Virus record (IMG/VR): IMGVR_UViG_3300045988_023147
Reading direction: 5' to 3' (one strand)
Length of the DNA: 45,305 nt
Origin: a virus
The position numbers and the translations under genes were made by a program. Positions 16,907 to 23,994 of this stretch are shown piece after piece (position 1 is the first letter of the stretch; each line of letters begins with the position of its first letter). Under the pieces are notes generated by a model, which was not told where the DNA came from, made no database searches, and saw only the letters and a program-made list of their open reading frames with translations.

Positions 16907-17540
16907 TGTCTGTTCCTCCTAATTCATAATAATCTCTGATAATCTTGTCTACTGCTGCCAGATCATTGTCTATGGTCAGTGAATCAAACATACCAATTGG
17001 TGATTTGCTGACAGCTCCCTGACTTGCCTGAGTGACAAATAAATGTTTTCCACTTTCTTCAATGCAGCGGAGAACTATTGTAAACATGCCCTCTACGCAA
17101 ACTTTTTCATCCAAAAGCTTTCCTATTGTCTTTGGTTTTACGTCTCCAGAATCATCCTTATCTTCGTGCATCATAAGATATACGACTTTGCTTTCCGGAA
17201 CCTTTGTCACAATGAACTGAATCAGATTCCAGAAATAATCACCAATGTCATTGTAAAGTGAAAATACTGCATTACCTTTTCCGGCAGAAGCATGTCCTCT
17301 CATAAAGTGGTTGGTGATAAGATATCCAGCATCATCAATCACAATAGAATCCGCTTTTGATGCAATTAGGCATTTCATAACCTGCTGGTAATCATCTGTA
17401 AACCATCCGTCAATTTTCCCCTTGAATGGGAGTGGCTTGTTTAATACTCTGATAAGGTTCCAGTTTTTGTTTTGACAGTTTCTAAGACTAGTACTTTTTC
17501 CGGATCCAGATTTTCCAATAATCAATACTGGTGTTGCCAT
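16890..17540 (-). CDS. Sak4-like / AAA_24 recombination ATPase
   Basis: Walker A IIGKSGSGKST, Walker B SIVIDDAG, ~216 aa core-only RecA-like architecture. Confidence 0.65.
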   Translation of the reverse strand: MATPVLIIGKSGSGKSTSLRNCQNKNWNLIRVLNKPLPFKGKIDGWFTDDYQQVMKCLIASKADSIVIDDAGYLITNHFMRGHASAGKGNAVFSLYNDIGDYFWNLIQFIVTKVPESKVVYLMMHEDKDDSGDVKPKTIGKLLDEKVCVEGMFTIVLRCIEESGKHLFVTQASQGAVSKSPIGMFDSLTIDNDLAAVDKIIRDYYELGGTDNAETK

Positions 17541-17542
17541 TG

Positions 17543-17743
17543 TTATTCCTCCTTGTCATAAACCACATGCTTGCTGCCCTCAACGATCAGCAAACTTGCG
17601 ATATCTTTCATTGATAAAGTCGATTCGTTATAGATTTCAACCAGCGCATTGTATGCGCCTGTTGATACTTTCACGACCGGGTTATCTTTATCAGTTGCAG
17701 GCTGTTTCTTTCTCGCCGGAATACGGATTTCAAATTCACTCAC
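17543..17743 (-). CDS. Hypothetical early protein (66 aa)
   Basis: GTG start with GGAGG RBS 9 nt upstream. Confidence 0.5.
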   Translation of the reverse strand: MSEFEIRIPARKKQPATDKDNPVVKVSTGAYNALVEIYNESTLSMKDIASLLIVEGSKHVVYDKEE

Positions 17744-17909
17744 TAATACTTTCCTCCTTATACGATTTCTGAGCCGCTAAAAGCCCATTTAAGGCTTGTA
17801 CGTAGCTCGCCAATGTTCTTGCCTTGTATGATTCCTCTATCGGATTATCTGGCACAATAGCAAGCTGCGTATCGATTAATCTAACAATTTCATTAATGCG
17901 CTCTTCCAT
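17736..17909 (-). CDS. Small ORF (57 aa), below the ORF-track cutoff
   Basis: ATG 2 nt after the upstream TAA. Its stop overlaps the next GTG start. MEERINEIVRLIDTQLAIVPDNPIEESYKARTLASYVQALNGLLAAQKSYKEESISE. Confidence 0.5.
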   Translation of the reverse strand: MEERINEIVRLIDTQLAIVPDNPIEESYKARTLASYVQALNGLLAAQKSYKEESISE

Positions 17910-17911
17910 GT

Positions 17912-18154
17912 TTACACCGCCTTAAAAAAGCAATACAGGTTGTCTGATCTGTCGCCCTCTCCTGGAACAATCTTTCCATCTTCCTTTCGGTCTCCAGCGT
18001 GATATTCGATTCTGTCCAGGTACATGTCCGCATTTTCATAATCAAGGATATTGTCTCCTCGACTCTGCATTTCCCGGAGAAGATCATTGATTACCTGGGC
18101 CAGGGTGAGCGTAGGTAGCATTCTGAGCATTGATGTCTCATACATCATTAGCAT
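17912..18154 (-). CDS. Hypothetical early protein (80 aa)
   Basis: Coupled ORF. No recognisable motif. Confidence 0.5.
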   Translation of the reverse strand: MLMMYETSMLRMLPTLTLAQVINDLLREMQSRGDNILDYENADMYLDRIEYHAGDRKEDGKIVPGEGDRSDNLYCFFKAV

Positions 18155-18419
18155 TCACCTCTTCTTCAAGAAGTCTAAGCATGTGAGTTTTAGCTTTTTC
18201 AAACTGTCTGCAGTTAAATTCTTCCTGGGCCAGGCTATCAAAGAAAATGGTGTAATGTCCATCAAAAGCAGTATCCTTTTTAAATCCTTCATCCATGATA
18301 TAAATATTACACATCCCAGATTCTGTACAAACACTGATAGAAAAAAATGCTGGTGTTTCATTATAAACACGTGATCCAAGGTCGATGATTTCTTTAATCT
18401 TCTCCCACCACATTTCCAT
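18138..18419 (-). CDS. Hypothetical early protein (93 aa)
   Basis: Coupled ORF. No recognisable motif. Confidence 0.5.
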   Translation of the reverse strand: MEMWWEKIKEIIDLGSRVYNETPAFFSISVCTESGMCNIYIMDEGFKKDTAFDGHYTIFFDSLAQEEFNCRQFEKAKTHMLRLLEEEVNANDV

Positions 18420-18426
18420 TCTCCTT

Positions 18427-18582
18427 TCAAAGTAACATAAGATATGTAAACAGTGCGAATACTACGCATCCCAGGACCTGAGATGCAACATCTCCCCATA
18501 TCCAACAGGGTAGAAAAGTAAACAGAATCCCAATAATCGAACTGACTACGATATCCTTTCTTTTCTGTCTAGGTGATTTCAT
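18427..18582 (-). CDS. Small membrane protein (51 aa)
   Basis: ATG 18582 with GGAGGGAAAAGA RBS. Two hydrophobic segments. Confidence 0.5.
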   Translation of the reverse strand: MKSPRQKRKDIVVSSIIGILFTFLPCWIWGDVASQVLGCVVFALFTYLMLL

Positions 18583-18607
18583 TCTTTTCCCTCCAAAAAG
18601 AAAAAGA

Positions 18608-18793
18608 TTACAGATTGTAAGCAATATACCAAAAGATATTAGTAATGATTAACAGCGCGGCAGTCAAAAGCCATGCACTGAACCACTTTTTTGTCTCTCT
18701 TTTCGCTTTTCTTACAATTTCAGATGCCAAGGAAACCTCGATATCTTCCCATGTAATCTTTTCATTATTCTGTTTTGTCATATTTTCTTTCAT
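18608..18793 (-). CDS. Small membrane protein (61 aa)
   Basis: C-terminal TM WFSAWLLTAALLIITNIFWYIAY. GAGAGGAAAA RBS. Confidence 0.5.
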   Translation of the reverse strand: MKENMTKQNNEKITWEDIEVSLASEIVRKAKRETKKWFSAWLLTAALLIITNIFWYIAYNL

Positions 18794-18820
18794 TTTGTTA
18801 TATTTTTTCCTCTCTTAATA

Positions 18821-18849
18821 TTGATATTTAGCGGACAGAGGATTATAAT
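18821..18849 (+). promoter_or_regulatory. Near-consensus plus-strand promoter antisense to the early operon
   Basis: TTGATA (18821-18826), 17-nt spacer, TATAAT (18844-18849). The -10/+1 region shares TTATAATATAACCGTA with the promoter at 27575-27603. Confidence 0.5.
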
Positions 18850-18923
18850 ATAACCGTATCCACTAAGTGATGGTTAGTGGGTTCATTGCTCTGGGTTGGA
18901 GATCCACCTCCGCCCGGGGCACT

Positions 18924-19247
18924 TCACTTTTCTAATGCTTCCTTTCCTTTCCATATATGTCCAGTAATTTCCCAGATCTTCCTTGGAAAGATTGTAAAGT
19001 TTAATCTCAGGTTAGATTTACCCTTGATTATTTTCCCATTGTTTGTAGCAATACCGATTGGCAACCATCCGTACTGGATTCCGGCACGGACCTGAGCCGG
19101 CTTCATTCCGATCAGTTTAGCAGCGTCCTCGACATTGATCGGCTCGCTTGAAAATTCCGGAACTACTGTATCTGCCAAGATCCGCGCCACTTCAAGCGCA
19201 AAATCATGAATCTGTGCAGTTTTTTCTACATAGGTTTCAACTTCCAT
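18924..19247 (-). CDS. HTH DNA-binding early protein (107 aa), excisionase/Cro-module candidate
   Basis: INVEDAAKLIGMKPAQVRAGIQYGWLP is HTH-like. Second gene of the early operon. Confidence 0.45.
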   Translation of the reverse strand: MEVETYVEKTAQIHDFALEVARILADTVVPEFSSEPINVEDAAKLIGMKPAQVRAGIQYGWLPIGIATNNGKIIKGKSNLRLNFTIFPRKIWEITGHIWKGKEALEK

Positions 19248-19261
19248 GCTGTTTCCTCCTT

Positions 19262-19438
19262 TTACGGCTTTTTATTTACTTCCGTCTGTTTTTCTCCTTC
19301 TTCCGATGTATTGTTAAGTACATCTACAACTTTGTCCCAAAGGCCAGTTTCAAGTAATCTGTTCCAGTCTTCTGTTGTTGTATTTATTCGAACTGTCATT
19401 TGTCCTAAAATGTTTTTACTTTCCATACATTCGAACAT
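19262..19438 (-). CDS. First early ORF (58 aa), below the ORF-track cutoff; possible small RHH/Cro-like regulator
   Basis: GGGAGGGA RBS 5 nt before ATG 19438. MFECMESKNILGQMTVRINTTTEDWNRLLETGLWDKVVDVLNNTSEEGEKQTEVNKKP. Confidence 0.5.
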   Translation of the reverse strand: MFECMESKNILGQMTVRINTTTEDWNRLLETGLWDKVVDVLNNTSEEGEKQTEVNKKP

Positions 19439-19531
19439 ACAGTTCCCTCCCGCCTATTGTATTTCCTTTCTCTTCTACCTATAATGTATTTACAGGCACC
19501 GACATGCCGAGTATTGAGAAAGGAGAATATT

Positions 19532-19741
19532 ATGGATATTATTCAGGAAGATCTTTTAAAGAGAATCATTTCTCACTATAAAGAAACAGGTCAAAATTCA
19601 TTTGATAGCACGCAATTCTCTGCCATCGAGAATATAGCTATTAGAGAACTTGCAGCTAAAGGATATATTTCCATCAGTTCCGATATCCTTGAAACCGTTT
19701 CCTTAACCGACGAATTTCTTCGCGAAATTTCTATGAAATGA
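19532..19741 (+). CDS. Hypothetical lysogeny-island protein (69 aa)
   Basis: ATG 19532 after GAAAGGAG RBS. TATAAT at 19480-19485. The track ORF starts too early. Confidence 0.55.
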   Translation: MDIIQEDLLKRIISHYKETGQNSFDSTQFSAIENIAIRELAAKGYISISSDILETVSLTDEFLREISMK

Positions 19742-19991
19742 TTTCTTTGAGATGTGCACGGGATTCCTTGTATGGTGCAAGGATTTCCTGTGCCTTTTCC
19801 AAATCTTCCGGCGTGATCTCGCACAGAACATCAATTAAACTGACAATATTAATATCGAGGATGATCGAATTATTTAATTTCGCAGTCCTGTATGAAACAT
19901 CTGTTAATGCCTTGCTAATATCGATTCCCAAGAATTTTACTCTTGTCATGTTACCGGAATTTTCAATTGAAATAATTGGTTTTGCGTCCAT
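19731..19991 (-). CDS. Hypothetical protein (86 aa)
   Basis: ATG 19991 with AAAGGAG RBS 6 nt upstream. Confidence 0.5.
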   Translation of the reverse strand: MDAKPIISIENSGNMTRVKFLGIDISKALTDVSYRTAKLNNSIILDINIVSLIDVLCEITPEDLEKAQEILAPYKESRAHLKEIIS

Positions 19992-20007
19992 GTTCGCTCC
20001 TTTCTGA

Positions 20008-20247
20008 TCATCTATTTTCATTCTTCTGATCAGAATCTGCTTCTTCACGAGTATGCGGAATCTCATTAAAATCCCGACCTTTTTCATATTTGAAAATACT
20101 TCCAATCTCGCATTGGTTATATACTTCCTCAGTTACATAATAAGTAGCTGTGACATATTCTTTTTCTTCCTCATTGTAATCACGAATATCTATTTCATAA
20201 GAATCCGAATAGTAATACACATAAGGCATTACAGTTGTATATGACAT
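20008..20247 (-). CDS. Tyr/Glu-rich hypothetical protein (79 aa)
   Basis: ORF overlapping the upstream stop. Acidic, Y-rich. Confidence 0.45.
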   Translation of the reverse strand: MSYTTVMPYVYYYSDSYEIDIRDYNEEEKEYVTATYYVTEEVYNQCEIGSIFKYEKGRDFNEIPHTREEADSDQKNENR

Positions 20248-20417
20248 CTTTTCATCATCATAGAATTTTGAGGTTCGAGAAGAGGTCTATCAATAATGCG
20301 TTTTTCGATGCTTTTCTTATCTTTTTTAGAAACTCGTTTTTTTGGCTGCTCCATGATATTGTGAATAGCTTGGAGCTCTTCCAAAATAGAATAAAAAACA
20401 TTATATGTATCATTCAT
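20229..20417 (-). CDS. Hypothetical protein (62 aa)
   Basis: ATG 20417 with GGAG 9 nt upstream. Divergent from the plus-strand gene at 20470. Confidence 0.45.
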   Translation of the reverse strand: MNDTYNVFYSILEELQAIHNIMEQPKKRVSKKDKKSIEKRIIDRPLLEPQNSMMMKRCHIQL

Positions 20418-20469
20418 ATAATTTTTCTCCATTCTATGATATAATCTCCTTTGGAAAGGAGGTGTAATA

Positions 20470-20658
20470 ATGACGGATAATGAAAAACGCGCACATGATT
20501 TAGCCATTGCAGTTTGCACTGATGTTTGCCATTTAAAACGTCAATCTCAAGTTGATGCTGGCAAAACTCATGTAACCGTCGATTATTTCGAAGAATACAT
20601 AAATGCTTATGAATCCGCATTAGAAGCATTCAACGAAAAATATCCATCTGGCAAATAG
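20470..20658 (+). CDS. Hypothetical protein (62 aa)
   Basis: Strong GGAAAGGAGGTG RBS. TATAAT at 20439-20444. Confidence 0.6.
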   Translation: MTDNEKRAHDLAIAVCTDVCHLKRQSQVDAGKTHVTVDYFEEYINAYESALEAFNEKYPSGK

Positions 20659-20792
20659 GTTTCTTATTAATCAAACATGTTAAGGAAATATGCTTCTTTG
20701 ATGTTCGCACCATCTTAGAAGCCTTTTTCTTTTTCTTCTTTTTGCTCATAAAATTTGCTCCTTTCTATTCTGGTAACCTTGGTTCAAGAAAC

Positions 20793-20942
20793 TTATGAAC
20801 TTTCTTTCTGTGCCTTATCAGAATCATCTTTCTTTTCGGAAAAGCTTTCCGTCTTTCCAAGAATGTAACCTTTGTCAAACTCTGACATATTGGGAATTGC
20901 ATCTTTCAGCTTTTCAACGATTCTTTTTTCTTTCTCTGACAA
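20793..20942 (-). CDS. Small acidic protein (~49 aa, TTG start proposed)
   Basis: AAAGGAG RBS 8 nt before TTG 20942. The upstream part of the 91-aa track ORF has no RBS. Confidence 0.35.
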   Translation of the reverse strand: MSEKEKRIVEKLKDAIPNMSEFDKGYILGKTESFSEKKDDSDKAQKESS

Positions 20943-20991
20943 TGCACTCACTCCTTTCTTGTGATATACTCTCCTGTGAGAGGAGACTAAA

Positions 20992-21345
20992 ATGAAAAAT
21001 ATTGACTTTTCAAACATTGAGTTATCCCTTAGTGAGCGAATAACTCTCCACTTATTGCCGATTATCAAATCTAATCGTTTCTTTAAATACCAGACATTGG
21101 ACTATTTAAACCGCCTAGGTCTGCTTGATCGAGAACACGGAGTTTATGCCGTGAACCGAAATTGCAAAATGTATTTTCGTATCAAGCGTAAAGAACGAAT
21201 TAGATTTATAATCCCAACAGTAGTATCAATCGTTGCCCTATTTGCTGGATATGACGTATACAAGATTCCACTTCTGGACGAAGTATTATCAACAGTAAAG
21301 ACACTATTGATACATGTAATGGAAAGTTTGGGTATTTTCCCATAA
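20992..21345 (+). CDS. Membrane-anchored hypothetical protein (117 aa)
   Basis: GAGAGGAG RBS 6 nt upstream. C-terminal TM FIIPTVVSIVALFAGYDVY. Confidence 0.6.
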   Translation: MKNIDFSNIELSLSERITLHLLPIIKSNRFFKYQTLDYLNRLGLLDREHGVYAVNRNCKMYFRIKRKERIRFIIPTVVSIVALFAGYDVYKIPLLDEVLSTVKTLLIHVMESLGIFP

Positions 21346-21428
21346 ACCATTCCAGTAATGTTTTCCTTGGCTCAAAAAAATACCAGTGGAAAAACTTTTT
21401 TATTTGGCTCGTTGTTTTCACTCCTTCC

Positions 21429-21535
21429 TTGTTCGGTATGCGTATATAGTATCACGCATAAAGAACCTTGTCAACAGTTTTTTGTTCGGTTTGCGAACTT
21501 TTCTTCTTTACATTTCCGCACAGAGGTGGTATAGT
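21429..21535. promoter_or_regulatory. Immunity control region: divergent promoters plus two 14-nt direct-repeat operators
   Basis: TTGTTCGGTATGCG (21429-21442) and TTGTTCGGTTTGCG (21482-21495), 53 bp apart. Plus promoter TTTACA-17-TATAGT (21507-21535). Minus promoter TTGACA-17-TACTAT (21474-21446). Palindrome TATGCGT/ACGCATA at 21437-21460. Confidence 0.6.
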
Positions 21536-21556
21536 ATTAAATGAAAGGAGGGCATT

Positions 21557-21916
21557 ATGAACGACAGAATAAAGGAACTGCGCAAAGCAATGAATCTTAG
21601 TCAAGAGAAATTCGGAGAACTTCTTGGAATTACAAAGTCTGGTGTTTCTGATATTGAATCAGGTCGCAGAAAAGTAACAGACCAGCATGTAATAATGTTG
21701 GCAAATAATGGAGTAAACGAAGAATGGCTCAGAACTGGAAACGGAGATATGTTTGTACCCGGAATTAAAGACAAACAAATTTCTGCCATGCTTGCAGACG
21801 TAATGAAATCTGGAGAAGATTCTTTCCGACACCGTCTCGTGTCTGCATTAGCCAGATTGGATGATGAGGGATGGGACAATTTAGAAAAACTTATTGACAT
21901 GATTTCTAATAAGTAA
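21557..21916 (+). CDS. XRE-family HTH repressor (CI-like)
   Basis: IKELRKAMNLSQEKFGELLGITKSGVSDIESGRRK is a canonical XRE HTH. Sits in the lysogeny island with its own promoter and terminator. Confidence 0.8.
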   Translation: MNDRIKELRKAMNLSQEKFGELLGITKSGVSDIESGRRKVTDQHVIMLANNGVNEEWLRTGNGDMFVPGIKDKQISAMLADVMKSGEDSFRHRLVSALARLDDEGWDNLEKLIDMISNK

Positions 21917-21922
21917 AAAGAA

Positions 21923-21957
21923 AGACAAGGGCAATGCGCAAACCCTTGTCTTTTTTA
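21923..21957 (+). terminator. Intrinsic terminator after the repressor gene
   Basis: 9-bp stem AGACAAGGG/CCCTTGTCT followed by TTTTT. Confidence 0.75.
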
Positions 21958-21960
21958 ATG

Positions 21961-22059
21961 TTATCCGATTAGCCTTTTCACAAATATATAAATCACTTCT
22001 ATCCAATGATTATTCGTGCATTTTTCAACCATCTCAATAATCTCTTTCTTATAATCCAT
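21961..22059 (-). CDS. 32-aa ORF, below the ORF-track cutoff
   Basis: GGGAGGGA RBS 7 nt before ATG 22059. MDYKKEIIEMVEKCTNNHWIEVIYIFVKRLIG. Confidence 0.4.
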   Translation of the reverse strand: MDYKKEIIEMVEKCTNNHWIEVIYIFVKRLIG

Positions 22060-22126
22060 ATATCCGTCCCTCCCAATATCGCACAATAAGAACATTCGTT
22101 CTCTCTTATTGCATTATACCCTCTTC

Positions 22127-22453
22127 TCAGCGATATAGAACGGACTGGATCATACTTCTCGCCCTCTGCTTAAACAGTGCTCCCTCCCTTTGCCTTGAAC
22201 GATTGAAAAAGAAATGGCGTGTACATTCCGCAGAAATATTGTTGCTTTTATTCACAACAAATGGCTGCTTTTCTTCTTCAGATATGGTCTCCTGTGTATA
22301 ATTATGTATCACATATTGATTGTTGGCACTTGCCTTAATAATCACTTCGTAATCTGTCGGATCAATGCTATCGCACAGTGGCGCACTTACAATAAATGTA
22401 AGAAGCATTATTCCAAACAGAAAAAATATAACCAGCTTTTTTATTCCTTTCAT
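22127..22453 (-). CDS. Secreted or membrane-anchored small protein (108 aa)
   Basis: GGGAGGAA RBS. N-terminal signal/TM KKLVIFFLFGIMLLTFIVSAPLC. Confidence 0.55.
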   Translation of the reverse strand: MKGIKKLVIFFLFGIMLLTFIVSAPLCDSIDPTDYEVIIKASANNQYVIHNYTQETISEEEKQPFVVNKSNNISAECTRHFFFNRSRQREGALFKQRARSMIQSVLYR

Positions 22454-22666
22454 AAAATTCCTCCCAAAGTAGTTTATATTATACTCTCAATATAACAATT
22501 ATACAATATCGCAATCTTGCACAAATTTTCTTACATTAATACGATATTAGACGAAAATCGAGAAAATTCGACACGCTTATTATATCTTATTTAGAAATAT
22601 TATGTTTTATTTTGTTTTGCTCTGTGGTACAATCAGATAAAATAAACTATGTAAGGAGGGATTTAA

Positions 22667-22855
22667 ATGGCAAAGAAAATTAAATGTCCAAGGTTTCTTT
22701 GCGGTAGTACGGATGTGGAGTATTTGAGTGGAAACCAAAAAACTACAATTGATCTCAATCCTCTGCACCCTTTTACGCTGGTAAATACAAAACCAAAGGG
22801 AAAGCAAAAATTCCGCTGCAGAAAATGTGGAAGAATATTTGAAGTGAAACTTTAA
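22667..22855 (+). CDS. Zinc-ribbon protein (62 aa), first gene of the moron operon
   Basis: KCPRFLCGS ... FRCRKCGR forms two CxxC-type pairs. AAGGAGGG RBS. Extended -10 TGGTACAAT upstream. Confidence 0.65.
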   Translation: MAKKIKCPRFLCGSTDVEYLSGNQKTTIDLNPLHPFTLVNTKPKGKQKFRCRKCGRIFEVKL

Positions 22856-22867
22856 GGAGAAATGAAT

Positions 22868-23455
22868 ATGAAAAAGAAAATTTTTGCGGTATTATTATCA
22901 GTCGCGTTTGCGGTATCATCTTCTGTATCCGTCTATGCTGATGAAAAAGATGATAAAATCGCAGATCTTGAGAACCAAGTTGTTGAACTGCAGAACACTA
23001 TTGATGAGCTTCAGAAACAATTGAATGAAGCGTTGGCATCCACAACATCAACCTCTCAGGAAACTTACAAAATTGGAGAAACTTATATTGTTGAGGGACA
23101 ATGGAAAATCACTGTTAATTCAGTAGCATCTACTGATGATCGTAACGAATATAGTGATAAAACTCCAGGCGCAGTGTACATAGTTACATATACCTATGAA
23201 AATATAGGATATGAAGATGACTATTTGGATGGGTTATATATAAATCTGGAAGATGGAATTGTTGATAGTACTGGAAAAATGGGATATTCTTATCCTGGCG
23301 ATGTTTCGATGTATCCACAAGAAACACCTGTAGGAGCATCTTGTCAGGCCCAGGCGTGCATAGGTGTTGATAATCCTGGAAATTTTAAAATTAATTTTTC
23401 CACTTATGATGGAAATAGCGAAAAGCAGTCAGCTGTTTTTGAAATTGAAGTTTAA
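22868..23455 (+). CDS. Secreted DUF4352-like (Ig-fold) protein with N-terminal coiled coil
   Basis: Signal peptide KKKIFAVLLSVAFAVSSSVSVYA. GETYIVEGQWKITVNSV...YIVTYTYENIG pattern is typical of DUF4352. Start set at the second ATG (RBS spacing 8). Confidence 0.55.
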   Translation: MKKKIFAVLLSVAFAVSSSVSVYADEKDDKIADLENQVVELQNTIDELQKQLNEALASTTSTSQETYKIGETYIVEGQWKITVNSVASTDDRNEYSDKTPGAVYIVTYTYENIGYEDDYLDGLYINLEDGIVDSTGKMGYSYPGDVSMYPQETPVGASCQAQACIGVDNPGNFKINFSTYDGNSEKQSAVFEIEV

Positions 23456-23475
23456 TTTGGAAAGGTAATGATAAT

Positions 23476-23826
23476 ATGAAAACTTGGAAACTGGTATCCG
23501 GTATTTTATCTATTATTTTGTTTTTTATGGTTTCCTTTCAATCATGTGCAGTAGGAATTGGAAATACATTAAGTGAATCAGGAGAAGCAAGCGGATCCGC
23601 TGGAATCATTGTGGCGATCATGCTTTTATCTGGAGGAATTGTTTCTATCGCAACTAGGAACGGCGGAAAAGGTGGAAACATTGCATTAATAGTATTGTTT
23701 GGAATAGCAACACTATTCGGTTACACTTTAGCCGGCAGTTTTTCCGATTTAAATATTTGGGCAACTTGGTGCCTTATCAATGTTGTTTTGGCAGTCATTG
23801 CACTCGTAAAAAATAAAAACGCATAA
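23476..23826 (+). CDS. Four-TM membrane protein (116 aa)
   Basis: Four hydrophobic segments. Coupled downstream of the DUF4352-like gene. Confidence 0.6.
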   Translation: MKTWKLVSGILSIILFFMVSFQSCAVGIGNTLSESGEASGSAGIIVAIMLLSGGIVSIATRNGGKGGNIALIVLFGIATLFGYTLAGSFSDLNIWATWCLINVVLAVIALVKNKNA

Positions 23827-23920
23827 TAAAAACCGCCCCTGTGCTACCAACACAGAGACGGCGAATACCTCCGAAGAGATATCATCTTTTGGCGAAGAAT
23901 ATTGTATCATCTTCGGGACA

Positions 23921-23958
23921 GTCGTACAAGCCGGAAAGTTTGTTCGACTGTTATTTTA
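23921..23958 (+). terminator. Terminator-like hairpin between the moron operon and int
   Basis: GTCGTACAA/TTGTTCGAC stem (one mismatch) followed by a T-rich tract TGTTATTTTA. Confidence 0.35.
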
Positions 23959-23994
23959 TACCTACACTCTCACCAAAAAGAAAGAAGGAATAAA

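Noticed and set aside
20630-20749. 39-aa Lys-rich ORF (MSKKKKKKKASK...) with an AAAGGAGC RBS
   Set aside because: It is very low complexity and overlaps the 3' end of 20470-20658. It is plausible but too weak to list as a feature.
21206-21421. 71-aa minus-strand ORF downstream of the TTGACA-17-TACTAT promoter
   Set aside because: Its GTG start overlaps the GGAAGGAG motif with zero spacing. It overlaps the convergent, well-supported plus gene 20992-21345. A non-coding or antisense transcript seems more likely, though this is unresolved.
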